Assembly: GCA_051530055.1 (NCBI GenBank)
Contig: CM121343.1
Location: 6,170,389 to 6,234,388 of the forward strand
Length of the DNA: 64,000 nucleotides
Direction: 5' to 3'
Source: Neoechinorhynchus agilis
Lineage: Eukaryota; Animalia; Acanthocephala
Of this stretch, positions 43,820 to 55,771 are shown piece after piece. Each line of letters opens with the position of its first letter. Within the stretch, counting starts at the first letter, position 1. Below the pieces are notes generated by a model. The model saw only the letters and a program-made list of their open reading frames with translations, did no database searches and had not been told where the DNA came from. The translations under genes were made by a program, and so were the position numbers.

Positions 43820-44800
43820 AAATGCTCTGCTTACCAAGGTTCTGGTCCTCGCTACTTTGTAAGATACTGGTTGGGCAGAGGCCAATGGATCTTATACATT
43901 TTAAACAACTTTGGTCGAATAATGTGTTATTTTTGTAAGAGCGGAGGTAGAGATTTGTGCCTGGGGCGACGAGTGTTGGAGGTGTGAGTAAAAGGAGAAA
44001 TATGTGGTAGAAATCGAGGAGGAAAATGATGAAGGCGCTTTGAGTGCTTATGAAAGATTAGGGAGAAATGTTCTTCTATAAGCATGAATTCGGAGGAGCA
44101 GTCCCGTGAAAGGTATTAAGTTTTTGGAAAAGGTTAGAAGAGAAATTGCAGAAAGTTGGATATGGCGGCCATTTGAAAGCACTTAGATCTTGACGCTTAA
44201 GAAGATAGAGTTTCATGGACCCTTTGTACAACGAAATTGATATGTGCTTCTCCCACTGCATTTTTTCTGAAGATGGATAACAAGGATACGAACACAGGAG
44301 ACAAAGTTGACAGGCAAAGGAATAATTGGCTGATATGGATGGCTATTTGAGATTGAGGGGACGATTTCGAAGCACTTGGTTAAGTTAAGGGTATGACATT
44401 TAGAGGAACAAGACGCTTGAACGTGAGAAACCTCGTTAGAAGAAATTGAGAGTGAGGGGCGCCGGTGCATGCGTAATGATTGTAAGATCATCAGCATACA
44501 AGAAGTATTTCGAATAAGAAGAGGATGGAATAGTATCGTTCAGAAAAATGTTGAAAAGACCCCCTTGGGGGACTACCTTGTTGAATGCTAAGGTGTTCGA
44601 GGCGATGCTCCTTATTTCGATAAATTGTAATCGGTTGTTTAGGTATTTACCAGGTCGCAAGATCAAATTTAGAGCATGCATCAAGAAGATTGTGATCGAC
44701 GGAATCCAAAGCTTTATGAATGTCAACTTGGATGAGTCGAGAGATAAATAAAGGATGCGCGTCGAGATTATAATAACACGTTCGTTGTTAAAAATACAAA
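43820..44800 (-). mobile_element. 5'-truncated L2/CR1-like LINE copy B (RT C-terminal half)
   Basis: VDIHKALDSVDH, VPQGG.LFNIFLND, FLYADDLTII motifs; frameshifted. Confidence 0.8.
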
Positions 44801-44804
44801 GAAT

Positions 44805-47800
44805 AGGACCAATGTACCTTTGGGTCCTCGTAAGCACTCGAGTTCAGAGTTGTTAAAGAAAGCGCATCCGTTGGGGTGGGAATATTCGGTCGGGGGATGT
44901 CCGTGGTTGGCTTTTCCTCGGCTTCACTTCATGTCATGATATCGGAGAAGATTGGGCAGCATGGAAAAAGAAGCGTAGGTATAGGGAGGTGCGAGGTCGA
45001 AGGAGGATGAAACGAATTAATATTACGAGTGCTGTGCTCGTGTAAAATTTGTGGTGGTAGGGTTAATAGGCGTTTTGATTCAAGGCATTCGATGAGAGGG
45101 GAAAGTCAGTTGTGCAAATTTTAGATGCTCTTTTATGAAACATTTCAAGACGATGGATTTGAGATTTGGTTAGGTTGAAAAATACGGGATAATCGTAGGT
45201 GAGGGAGGGTAAAATAAAGTGAAAGTAACATTTGTAGAGGTCGGGTGAAGGGATTCCTAAAAGTCGGAGGCTTTTGATGAGAAAATTTTTAAAGGTGTTG
45301 AGCTTAAGGGAAAGAGTTATGTGCGAGTCCCATCTGAACTTTGTTTGAAATTGGAGACGGAGAATTTTTAGGGAGGTGACTCGTGGGATGTCATTTAGAA
45401 GCTCGGGGCAGGATGTGGGGTTGCAGGAGAATGAGGGATCATTTCGAAGCATTTTGAGAAATTCAGGCGGAGTTTGATTGGTACAGAAATCTTTTATGTG
45501 TGTGATTTCGTTAGAGGTTAAGGAGAGGGATAGGTGGAGTGGTGATTGGGTGATGAGGGTGAGATCGTCTGTATATAAGAAAAGTTTAGAGTGAGAGGAG
45601 AAAGGTTTGAGGTCGTCTAGGAAAATATTAAAGAGAAGTGGTCACAGCACATTGAGGTACGCCTTTTGATGACGATGGGCTGATAGAGGAGGTTGAACGG
45701 CAGTGAATGTATTGTTTGGGATTGTGAAGATAAGATTTGAGCCAGCAGATCTGTCACACGTTGAGACCAAAATCGGAGCAGACCCGGAGAGGGCGTGAAT
45801 GGTCCACGGAGTCGAATGCTTTCGATAAATCAAGCAGAATGATACGAGTGACGTGGGAGGGATAAGTGTCTAGGTTTCTTAGTAGCGTGCCATAAATGCA
45901 AAGTATGGCATCGGTTGCAGAAAATTTGGGCCGGAAATCGAATTGTAGGGGCGATAACTAGTCGTTGAGAAGTGCAAGAAGGCGAGATTTAAAACAATTT
46001 TTGATGAAAATGTCGATATGTGAGGTACCGGGGAATGTGATTGGAATTATTGTTTAGGTCTACACCCGGTAAATGATTATTTATTAAAGGCGTTTCGAAC
46101 CTCTTCGGTTTCATCATCAGTTCTAAAATACAAGTCGTTAGGTGGGAGAACATAGCCAAGGAAGGGTCATTTGTGTTGTCAGAGTGAATGTGCGAATATT
46201 AGAGTTGAACAATTTCATAAAATTGTAGATGTGATGATCACGCTTATCCCAGACGGGTAAACGAGGGAGATTTTAAACGCTGAGGTGGGTTGGAGGAAGT
46301 AATAAGGGCAGAAGAGTGATCAGAGTTCGCGGGGGAAGGAGGGAGTTTAGAGGCGGATGAAAAGGCATCGATATTTGTGAGCACTTTCTCGAGGTGAGCG
46401 TCAAGACGAGTTGGAAAGTCAATGAGTTGACGCAACTCGGGGAAGGTTGGAAGAAGAAATAGAGAATCGTAGATGCAAAGAAGGACATCCGTACACGAAA
46501 AGCCAGGTTTAATACCTAGGGCGCATTTCGTGTTTTTCTACCAGAATGAGTGGGAGAGCAGGCGAGTTTATGTGCAAGAAAGGTCTTGCGCGAATTGGGA
46601 ATGTGATGCACAAGATAGGATTGAAGGCGGGAGAAATCAGGATGGCATGCGTGGTATGCTTTATTCACCTTTGGAGCATTTTCAAGAAGGCGAGATCCAA
46701 GGTAAGTCTGGGTTGGAAAGGCGAATGGTTTTCCTAGGAATCGCTGTAGTCACGTAAGAGGAGAGTATATTAGTGAGAGAAAGCATAGCCTCCGAGGGAT
46801 TCGGGTGAAAATAGATTTTCTGTGTGGAGAGATTAGGCGAGGCCGATTTGGTAAATGCGAAAATGTGTTGATCTCTCTTATCCCAAACAGTAAAGGAAGA
46901 TGACAGGACACGTTGGGAGGGAGCGGAGGGAGAGAGGATTATTGCGCAATGATCTGTGGATGAAATTGGAGGTAGTTTGTAGCAGCTTTGTATTTGTCGA
47001 TGTTAGTAAAGATTTTATCGAGATGTGAGGAGTGATGGGTAGGAAATTTTACTAACTGGACGAAGGAGAGGTAGTGATGTAGAAAGATTATTTGCATCGT
47101 CAAGAATGATTAGATGTTCAAGACTACGTGAATGAAGATTTGCTATCGGTACATGAATCTCCTGTGATCCATTTGTAGATAAGCTGAGGGAGGTCGATAT
47201 ATACCGATAATGATTAAATTTCGGTTGCCTGAGCGAAGCTTGAGAGAGAGCGTTATACAGATGGGAGGAGTGAATGAAAATTGAGATTCCACCTCGTGCG
47301 CGTTCGTCTCTGTAAGAGTGAAAAGAAATGTATCCAGGAATTAAGGCGATGTAGGAATTGGAGGAGTGCAGCCACGTTTCCACAATTACCAAAATGTCTA
47401 TGTTGGTAGAAGAGACTAATAGCGAAAGATGATCTATTTTAGGTAAAGACTTATGTTAGTGAAAAGAATGGCTGTTTGAAAGATCTTGAAGGAGAATGTA
47501 GTTTGCGGGAGTAGGAAGAGTTCGATGGATAAGTTTCTGAGCGGTTTTTGAGTTTGTGATAATGTTTGATTCTGCAGACGTATGGTAGGGATTCTCGGAT
47601 GTGTCCAAAAATTTAGATGTGAGTTCTGAGAGTAAGTTTTGGCTGGTATTAAGTTATTGACAAGGAAGAGAAGACGGTTGTGCATAGGCGAGTGATGGAT
47701 GGAGTTCACAGTTTGAAGTGAGCGGTCTGGGTAGATTCGGTATGGTAGGGAGGAATTGACAAGAAGCGCTTTTGAAGGAAGGAGGATGCGGTGTTGGGTA

Positions 47801-48550
47801 GATGGGAAGTGATTTTGAGTTGACGAGGACGTTTGTTGGGATGCGCTGAAAGGAGACCGGGGAAGGAAAGAGAGCGAAGGACCCGGGAAAGAGTTTTCGC
47901 AGACGATTTTAAGGCGTTGAATGTAGTGTTTCTGAAGGGTTAATTTGGATAATGCTGTGATTTCGGGGATACCTGAGGGGAATATGTTATGTGTAATGCC
48001 ATAACGGAATAATATATTATGATATAGTCGTTTGCTGTAGGCCTGCTGCGGTGATTGTTTGGGAAGATTGGTTTGGCGGTAAGGGTGAGTGGTAGAGGTG
48101 GAAGGCAGCTTTTGGAATTAAATGTCTTGTGGTAGAAGGTTTTTGTACAGGTAATGAAAAAAGGTGGGGAATTTTGCAGATTTGGGGAAAGTTTTAGGAG
48201 AATTTGGTTGGGAGTTCTGAGATCAGGTGGTGAGAGAGGTGGAGAGTTTTGGAGTACCGATTTTTTTAAATGGATCGATTCGGAGGGCTGATTTCTGGTG
48301 ATCTCTGAAATATTTTGGGACTCGAGGGTGTTGATTGTGATAGGAAAATCGGTAAATTGGACAACAAGTGCGTCTGAGCAATACCGACGGTCTTTGATTT
48401 GAATTTTGAGGCAGTTGTCTTGACGAGTTGGCAGAAACTGGGCTCGTTAGGCAACTTGACTAACGTTGAGACGGTCCAGTCTTCTTCCAAGCAGGTGATG
48501 AAGGTTTGGCCCATATGGCGATATAAAGTTTTTATTTTAACATTCAAAAT
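44805..48550 (-). mobile_element. Near full-length decayed L2/CR1-like LINE copy A (ORF1, APE endonuclease, RT)
   Basis: APE motifs IVETWL...IPGY...RARGGISIFI and NSDH; RT motifs QFDFRP, LDLSKAFDSVDH, LFNIFLDD, YTDDLTL; ORF1-like RIYPDRS; strong G-rich plus-strand skew; many frameshifts. Confidence 0.9.
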
Positions 48551-48946
48551 TAATTTAAAGTGAAATTCAAAGACTCGTGATTCGAACCCGTATTTTTATA
48601 ATCAATGTAAAATATCGCATTTTCGTAATATTTGAGCGTCATATAAATAAAATCCCATGTGAGCTAATTCTAATAAAGTAGAAAACACATTCCATTTTGT
48701 CGATGAATAGAAGTGTAACTTAGATTTTCATCCGGTAGACAATTATTTTTATTAAAAACGTTTTGAATATCGTGCTAACAAACTGATGATGAACCTGGCG
48801 AAGTTCGAAACGTGTTTAATAAGAAAATATCGCGTGAAAAACAAATTAAAATTTCTGATCCTTCTTTTGCTTGGAAAGAAATTTTAAATGAAACCCCCGA
48901 TCGAGCGTATCTTAGGCTAAATTTAGTCTTTATTGCCTTCCATAGT

Positions 48947-50219
48947 TTAATACTGGCACTTTTGAACAGCTTGTCTTCCCCTTTCCTCATAATCTACCTT
49001 ACTCACCCACTTTTCGTGAAATCCACCGAGTGATGATAGTATTGATCCACCCATATAACTACAGTAGCGACGCTCGAGCGAGGTTGGTGCCTGAGAGACT
49101 CTCGCCCTGAAACTTGTTGGCAGTTTTCTAGTAATTTCATTCGAAAGTCGATCAGCAAAGGAAGGAATTTCACTAGGTCCACCAGTGCATATGACATTGC
49201 CCATAACAGTATGTCTCAAGTTAGTATCGCAGTTGCTTACTGAAGCAGCGATTGTCCGTGTCAACGAGTAGCTTGGATTTTGGACGTCAAGAATTCGCGG
49301 ATCAAAGAACGCTTCCGGATAACGGAATCTTTCCTCACGAAATTCGCGCATGAATCCATTGGGATACTCGAAAGGATGCGTAGGCAGTTGATCCAGTTGG
49401 TCTGGACGATAAGTACAATCGGTGTTGACCCGGAATAACATACTCATCATATTCGTTAAGAGTCTATCCTCGAGGAATCGCAAATGCGAGCTGGTTAATC
49501 CTTCAGTTTTCTTTTCAAGAAATTTAGGGGCAATGAAAGATTGTGAAATTGAGTTCGAAAGTGCAACCTTACTCAACTTTACCTTAATGCTTCTTTGATT
49601 TGATTATCTGAAACGGTTTTAAATGCACAGGTGGAGTATTTTCCCGTAATTTCTCCATCAAAAATCGACCGGCAATTGGTGATGTTGCAATTGAATGTTG
49701 AATTGTAATGCCGTCCATCACAGCGCAAACCACACTTTTATCATGGCCAATGTCAACAACGAGTCCTGATGTTTTATGGTTGGCGATAAGTGCAAGGAAG
49801 GATGTTTTAACTACAAATATTGCAGGAACATTGAATTTCTCAAACATTAATTCACACAGACGTTCTCGTTCTCTTAGAGTATTCAGTGGACTGTCAGATA
49901 TTAGAACAGCATGTTCTTTACTAGGATGATAATAACAATTTGAGTATGCATACTCAACCATGCTTTCATACGCGTCCCAATCTTCAATCTTTCCGTCTAT
50001 TACAATCCTCTTAAGATCCAAACCGGACTGAAGGGCCAAGAGAGTTTCTTCACCGAACACAGGTCTATCATCATTTCCATATTTTCCAATAAGTGTCGGA
50101 AATTCAAGGCTAGGATAGCCAGTTCCTGCAAAACCAAAATGTGCAGTAAAACCGCCAATGTCGAACACTACTGCGTTTAAATCTTCAGTTAAAAACATGG
50201 AAGCGTTACCGGCAGCCAT
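48947..50219 (-). CDS. ACTL6: Actin-related protein ACTL6/BAF53/Arp4
   Basis: EDLNAVVFDIGG, ELMFEKFNVPAIF, FEYPNGF...ERFRYPEAFFDP, SYMGGSILSSLGGFHEKWVSK..YEERG...KC; a frame break at 49584 needs an intron or a frameshift. Confidence 0.85.
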
Positions 50220-50450
50220 ATCTATAACGTGAAGAAGATAATCGTTTAAGCGACAGTTAAAAAACATCTTAAATACTTGAAAAATCATAATAAAGAAGTC
50301 GCTTAAGAGAATAACAAGAACAAGTGAAGATAGCAAAAGCTAGTTATCAAAACGGATAATAAATCATATCGAGAAAATCCATCGAGATGTTAAATTTTGA
50401 CTTGTGGTGAAGATAATCCCGGTTAAAAATCATTATATTCCTCTGAAAAA

Positions 50451-50798
50451 GAGGAAACCTCGTTTTCTCAATCATTGTCTGCAAGTGTTTACGACGTTAA
50501 GCGAGGTTCCCTCTTTCGAAATATTTCAGAAGAATAAAATGATATTTAACCGGGAGTACCTCCACCACCGGTATCATATGCGGATCAAACAATTACAAGT
50601 ATAAACCCGGAAATCTGGACAAAACAAACACATTTTAAGTGGTTTAATCGAAATGAAGGTATGAAATAGATAAACTGTTATTTTCGATTTCCAACGAATC
50701 TATAAAATAATTCATATCGAATAATAGATAAATCTCCGCAAACTTTTGAAATGAAATTCGATGGTGGAAACGCGAAACAACAATTCCTCGGTAAATAA
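50451..50798 (+). CDS. Candidate small spliced orphan gene, head-to-head with ACTL6
   Basis: Phase-compatible exons give ...SVYDVKRVPPPPVSYADQTITSINPEIWTKQTHFKWFNRNEDKSPQTFEMKFDGGNAKQQFLGK*; start codon not found. Confidence 0.3.
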
Positions 50799-51364
50799 AA
50801 TTGTGCAGTGATGATAGAAAAACAAAGAAGGATAAACTTATATTTACGAATGTATTTACACATTCTCCAATGATATCAAGAAGCGATTTATGCAGTGGAC
50901 AACTTTCGTTAACGATTAATTAACAGCGACAGAAGGTCACTTTTTATATTACGCCATTTCGACAAATTGGAACAATGTTGGATTTATACATCTTCGTTCA
51001 AAAATTTCCGATTCCGATAATCACGGCCATTTAAATCGGTTTTCCAGGTCGATTTTTAAGATCTAATTGATAATTTTTCGTTGATCGAATTTTTCGTTCA
51101 ACCATCTTAAGGTGGTCATTAAGTCAAAGAAAGGAATAAAACCGATTTAGGAATATTCGTGGCGTAAAGCAACGCGGAAACCCCGAGTCCTAAGGAACTA
51201 ATAACTGTAATTTAGTATCGAATATATTGATTGGTATCTGACGTCAGCCGTTGATTTTGTAACTAAACTCTGATGTGGCTTTTTCTTCATTTCAACAACT
51301 AATCTTTACCGTTCAACCATAGAAATGACAAGTTAATCTTAGCCATACAATCGTTTGAATGAAC

Positions 51365-51572
51365 TTTAATTTTAATTTGACATTTGTAGGACCCGGATAC
51401 AATTGATTTATTTGCCTAGCTTTCGCCGTATGACGGCTTCAACTGGGAAGCAATCTAAAATGTGTGAGGCAGGGAGTTTTAGATTGCCGCCCAGTTGAAG
51501 CCGTCATACGGCCGAGGCTAGGCAAATAAATCAATTATATCCAGCTCCTACAAATGTCAAATTAAAATTAAA
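51365..51572. repeat. Fold-back hairpin with ~96-bp arms and a 16-nt loop
   Basis: 51365-51460 versus the reverse complement of 51477-51572 with about 8 mismatches. Confidence 0.95.
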
Positions 51573-52005
51573 ACATGCGCCCAGGAAACCAAGGAGCGAT
51601 TCACGCTATTAATGAACTTTGGTCAATGTATACAGAAGAAATCAAATCAATTGGTCAACACTTTGGTATTCACACTGCGAAAAAAGCCCAAAATTTTCAA
51701 GATATATTTCTGAATCAAACATCGCTAATTGAAACTGAAACTATAATGAACAATTTCTTTACAAACACTGATCAATATTTTGTAACATTTAATAAATGGG
51801 ATTACTTAGTGGTTCTTATAGTCCAATGGTTTGAGTTTGGAAATGTGTAGTTGATTGATGGAATTTTTTATTCATGACCAAGGATAAAAGCTACTAGCGT
51901 ATTGGTTAGTGAAATTTATGATTAAACGGCAAATGGTGGCATCCACTTCAATTTCATTAGTGGCCTCACTAAGAAACATGAACTTTTATTAACTCTTGAT
52001 TTTGA

Positions 52006-52129
52006 TTTGAGATATTTCGAAGAAGGTAACTTCGCTTCATCAGTCATTGATTATAAGTTTTTAAATATTTGAGTAAAAACTTAATCAATGACTTATGAGG
52101 CGAGGTTACCTCCTTCGAAATATTTCAAA
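52006..52129. repeat. Fold-back hairpin with ~57-bp arms and a 10-nt loop
   Basis: tttgagatatttcgaagaaggtaac... pairs with ...gttacctccttcgaaatatttcaaa with 5 substitutions and a 2-nt bulge. Confidence 0.9.
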
Positions 52130-53024
52130 TAAATCAAATAGGTTTATATTCACCAAAAGTTTACATTGATTAACCCTAAGGATTTTCTCTGTCGATGATG
52201 AACTTTTATTTCCCGATAATATTTTTTGGTTTATGTCAGACCGGATAACGTCCCTCTTCCAGAAATCGAGGCATTTCAAATTGATTATCGATTTCGCTAA
52301 ATGTAACCGATCTGTGTGAGCATATTTTTAAGAAAATGGATTATCTAATCAAGAATTAAGTTCAACCTCATTAAAACAATGTTGAGATTCTTAATTCAAG
52401 TCTCGTCACTGTTAATGATCTGATTTGTAAGTTTGTTTCTCTAGATCACTTTGCCAAAACTGTTGATTTTTGTCAATGCTGAACACTATAAATTGCAATG
52501 GAAGATCGAATTTAACTGGAATTACAAATTTTTGAGCATTCAAACCTTGCAAAATTTGTGGTTATGATTTAAATCACTAAAAGTATTAAAAGCGTTATTT
52601 ATTCACGACTCACTTTAAACGGGTTTTAGATCCAATCTAAAATATATTCAGAAGTAAATCCTTGATAACGACTTGTGTAAAATGAGATTTTAACCATACG
52701 CGGCTTAATTATGGGTCCACAGCTCATTGATTTTAGTCAGCGAAGCGCTGGTTTGCTCTCAATGCCCATGACTGTACAGTTATAATTTTAAAGATAAATT
52801 CCATGAGTATGTGGCGGTGGGGAAAATTGTATCAAAGAATAAATTATTCTCAATGGCGAATTGTTACACACTCGAGCTTTATTATTAAAATCTTCAATGC
52901 GAATTTTCAAGGCCTCAGTCTCCTTCTCAAGCATTGTTTTCGAAGAAAAATTCGAATAGCTCGAATGTGTAAGAATTCGCCGCTGAGAATACACATTCAT
53001 TCGAAGGAACAATTGGATAGAATG

Positions 53025-53101
53025 AATTATATTGAAATATTTCGTCCAATTGCACTGCTGAAGTGGTCCAGGGCGATTGGACGAAATATTTCAATATAAT
53101 T
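53025..53101. ncRNA. Pre-miRNA-sized hairpin (candidate)
   Basis: 29-bp stem with one G-U pair, then ctg/cag and an ~11-nt loop; 77 nt total; no known miRNA recognised. Confidence 0.3.
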
Positions 53102-53814
53102 TTCTCCACCGCCACATAGTCATAATTTTGTACATCCTTCCGGATTCTCAGATATTTCCAGGAGGCGGGACTCATGGCTGAGCCACCAAAAAGGAAAGAT
53201 GATTCTTTTAGCTTGCGTAAATCATTCAAGGTCTTTTATTCTCGCATGGAGATTATGTTTAAATTCTCTGCATTGGGTCGGCGATAAAAAAGAATATTGA
53301 ACCGATGCCCTCTATTCTCTATGATGAATATTTAGTCGCTAATTTTTTTATTTAAACTAAATCTAGAGAGAAACATACAGAAAACAACTTGGTATGAAAT
53401 TTATTAAACTAAAGCTATGCTTGAACTGTATCCCGTGCTACGTAGGGAAGTTTATAGATTGGTATCGTCATTGGTAAAAATAGGCACCCCGATCGATCTG
53501 GTCCCAAGACTGGGAATTTCTTTTATCTCAATAATTTCTATAATTGGTTCCCTATCTTTTCTTCATTATTAAAATTTGTACGATCCTACGTCGAATTTAT
53601 TTACGCCAAGTCGATTTATAGCATTATAAAAGTATAAATATTGATTTTTTCGGACTATTTTTAGTCGTCACCAATGATTGTTATGTTAAAATTAGATTGA
53701 AACGTATATATTTAATGATGAACGATTATTCACAGATCAATCTATGAAATATTTAAAAAAGTCTTTCATCTGGAGCTTTTTTGACTGAACTTATATAATA
53801 ATAACGCTTTTTAT

Positions 53815-54195
53815 TTGTTGATTCACAAAGAAGAGAACCCATGTACCTTTGGTTCCTCATAAATACTCGATTTCTGATTTGTTAAATGAATCTGGCTATT
53901 GATTTTGGAGTGGATTACGAATCCGGACGGGTGGGAATATCCGGTTGAGTTGGAAGGTCCTTTCTAGTGTGGGTTGGTGGTTATTGTTTGCAGGAGAGTT
54001 TATAAAGTTGGGTCTTTCCTCAGGTTCATTTCAGGTTATGATATCCGAGAGAAGATTGGACAGCATGGAAAAGGGAGCGGAGGTATAGGTAGGTGGGAGG
54101 TTGAGGGAGGATGAAACGAATTTGGATTACGAGTGCTGTGTTCGTCTGAAAAGAGGGCGATATCCGGTAGAAATTGTGGTGGTAAGATTCTTAAA
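53815..54195 (-). mobile_element. 3' end fragment (copy C) of the same LINE family
   Basis: Colinear with 44805-45060 (atgtaccttt, gagaagattgg.cagcatggaaaa, gaggatgaaacgaatt, ttacgagtgctgtg). Confidence 0.82.
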
Positions 54196-55105
54196 CGGAA
54201 ATTCTGACAATGTTCGCAAATAAAGTTTGTGGTGTTCGTAACCATTAGTAGAACATTTTAAAAGCTATCGTTCAATCACTGATGGTGCCGAACATCATAA
54301 ATATTACATGCGAGCAAAATGGTTGTAAAATATCATGATTCGACGTTAATATTGAAATTATGTCCTTCTTTGTTAGCTGGGATGTCATTGAATATTCCTT
54401 GACTTACAATTTTTGTGATAAATTTTAAATTACTGTGTGTGACCAATTAGATCGAGTGAAACCTTCCCATTGATGCTTTTAGTCCTTAAAATTCAAAAAA
54501 TGACAATTAATCAAAGCACAAATTATTGATATAGACTATAAATCTTTATCTATTTATACATTTCTTTAAAAATGTATACAACCCTTATACATATCAAGAT
54601 TAAACATGTCATGAAGAATAGAATTTTTTTATTTCAACCTTGGTTATGAACGAAAATATGTTACTTACTTATGCGAAAAAGTCGTCAATATTTAGGGATC
54701 AGTCACTGGTCAACTTTGAGTAATCATAAAAGTTGCAATTTGAATGGACTTTCCGTTTAAGTTCAACATCGACCACAAATGCTTTAAAAATAATACCGAT
54801 GTTCGTTTAATTTAAAAATAGGATAAATTATTTCGATGAATAAGAGAAATAACGATAATGTAAATACCTGGAGTCCATCGAATCAGTGTAGAATTTCGAT
54901 CTTTAAAGTCCGTCATTAAACACGGCTAAGTCAATCACGTCTCAGGCGTCTCATGCTAGCACGTTTAAACTTCATCTGTTGAATATAAAAGCTTTTTCGT
55001 TTCCATTATGGTTCGTTGTATAGCAGCATTCCAACCTTAATATGATTTTTCAAGGATAAAGCTGTGAGATCATGACTAAGGTTGCGATGGTTGAAAAGTA
55101 TTTAC

Positions 55106-55243
55106 GAATTTTACACAGTTTTGTAAACTAAATGGTTAAATAAATCTTAAACAAAAGCGAAAGGTACTGTCGAATTTTTAATTTTCGCCTATGAATTTTA
55201 CACAGTTTTGTCAATTAAATGGTTAAATCAATCTCAGGCAAAG
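55106..55243 (+). repeat. Imperfect ~50-bp direct repeat, two copies 87 bp apart
   Basis: gaattttacacagttttgt.aa.taaatggttaaat.aatct at 55106 and 55193. Confidence 0.85.
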
Positions 55244-55771
55244 GTTTTCGTACTTCACAAATTGTTACTGAGTTATTGTCGCGTCTGAGTGATTATCCGA
55301 GAAAGAGATTTCTTTTTCTGATTGAAGGGCTAAGCCAATGCCCCACAACACTTTTTGGAGCGCTTATTAAGGAGACTCCATAGGTCTTTACTTTATTCGG
55401 ATCGATTTCAACATACTGAGAAAACACTTAATTGGCAATCACTTGTACTTTACTTCGTTTATATTGGAAATCGAGCAGATTTTGTTTCTTAAACCATCCT
55501 GTATGATAAAATGTGATATTTTAGCGGCTTTACGATTTAAGATTTTGTCAGGTAAGATATTTTCGCAAAATACTAAAAAACGATATATTTTTAGACAACA
55601 TTCAAACCCAGTCACTCTTTCCATTTGTACATGACGAAACCAGGAGTATGTATATGGCTCAGTCACAACCGGGCAACCGCTTTGACGTGCGTATTCCTAA
55701 GTAACGAAACATCCGTTGATAGTTTATCTGCCAAAATTGACATATTTGTGAGAGAAAAACAAAATGTTGAA

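Noticed and set aside
48575-48600. tRNA T-loop-like GGTTCGAATC on the minus strand
   Set aside because: No acceptor, D or anticodon stems can be built around it.
54045-54075. U6 snRNA-like gagaagatt..cagcatgg
   Set aside because: It is part of the LINE 3' fragment (also present at about 44945); the rest of U6 is absent.
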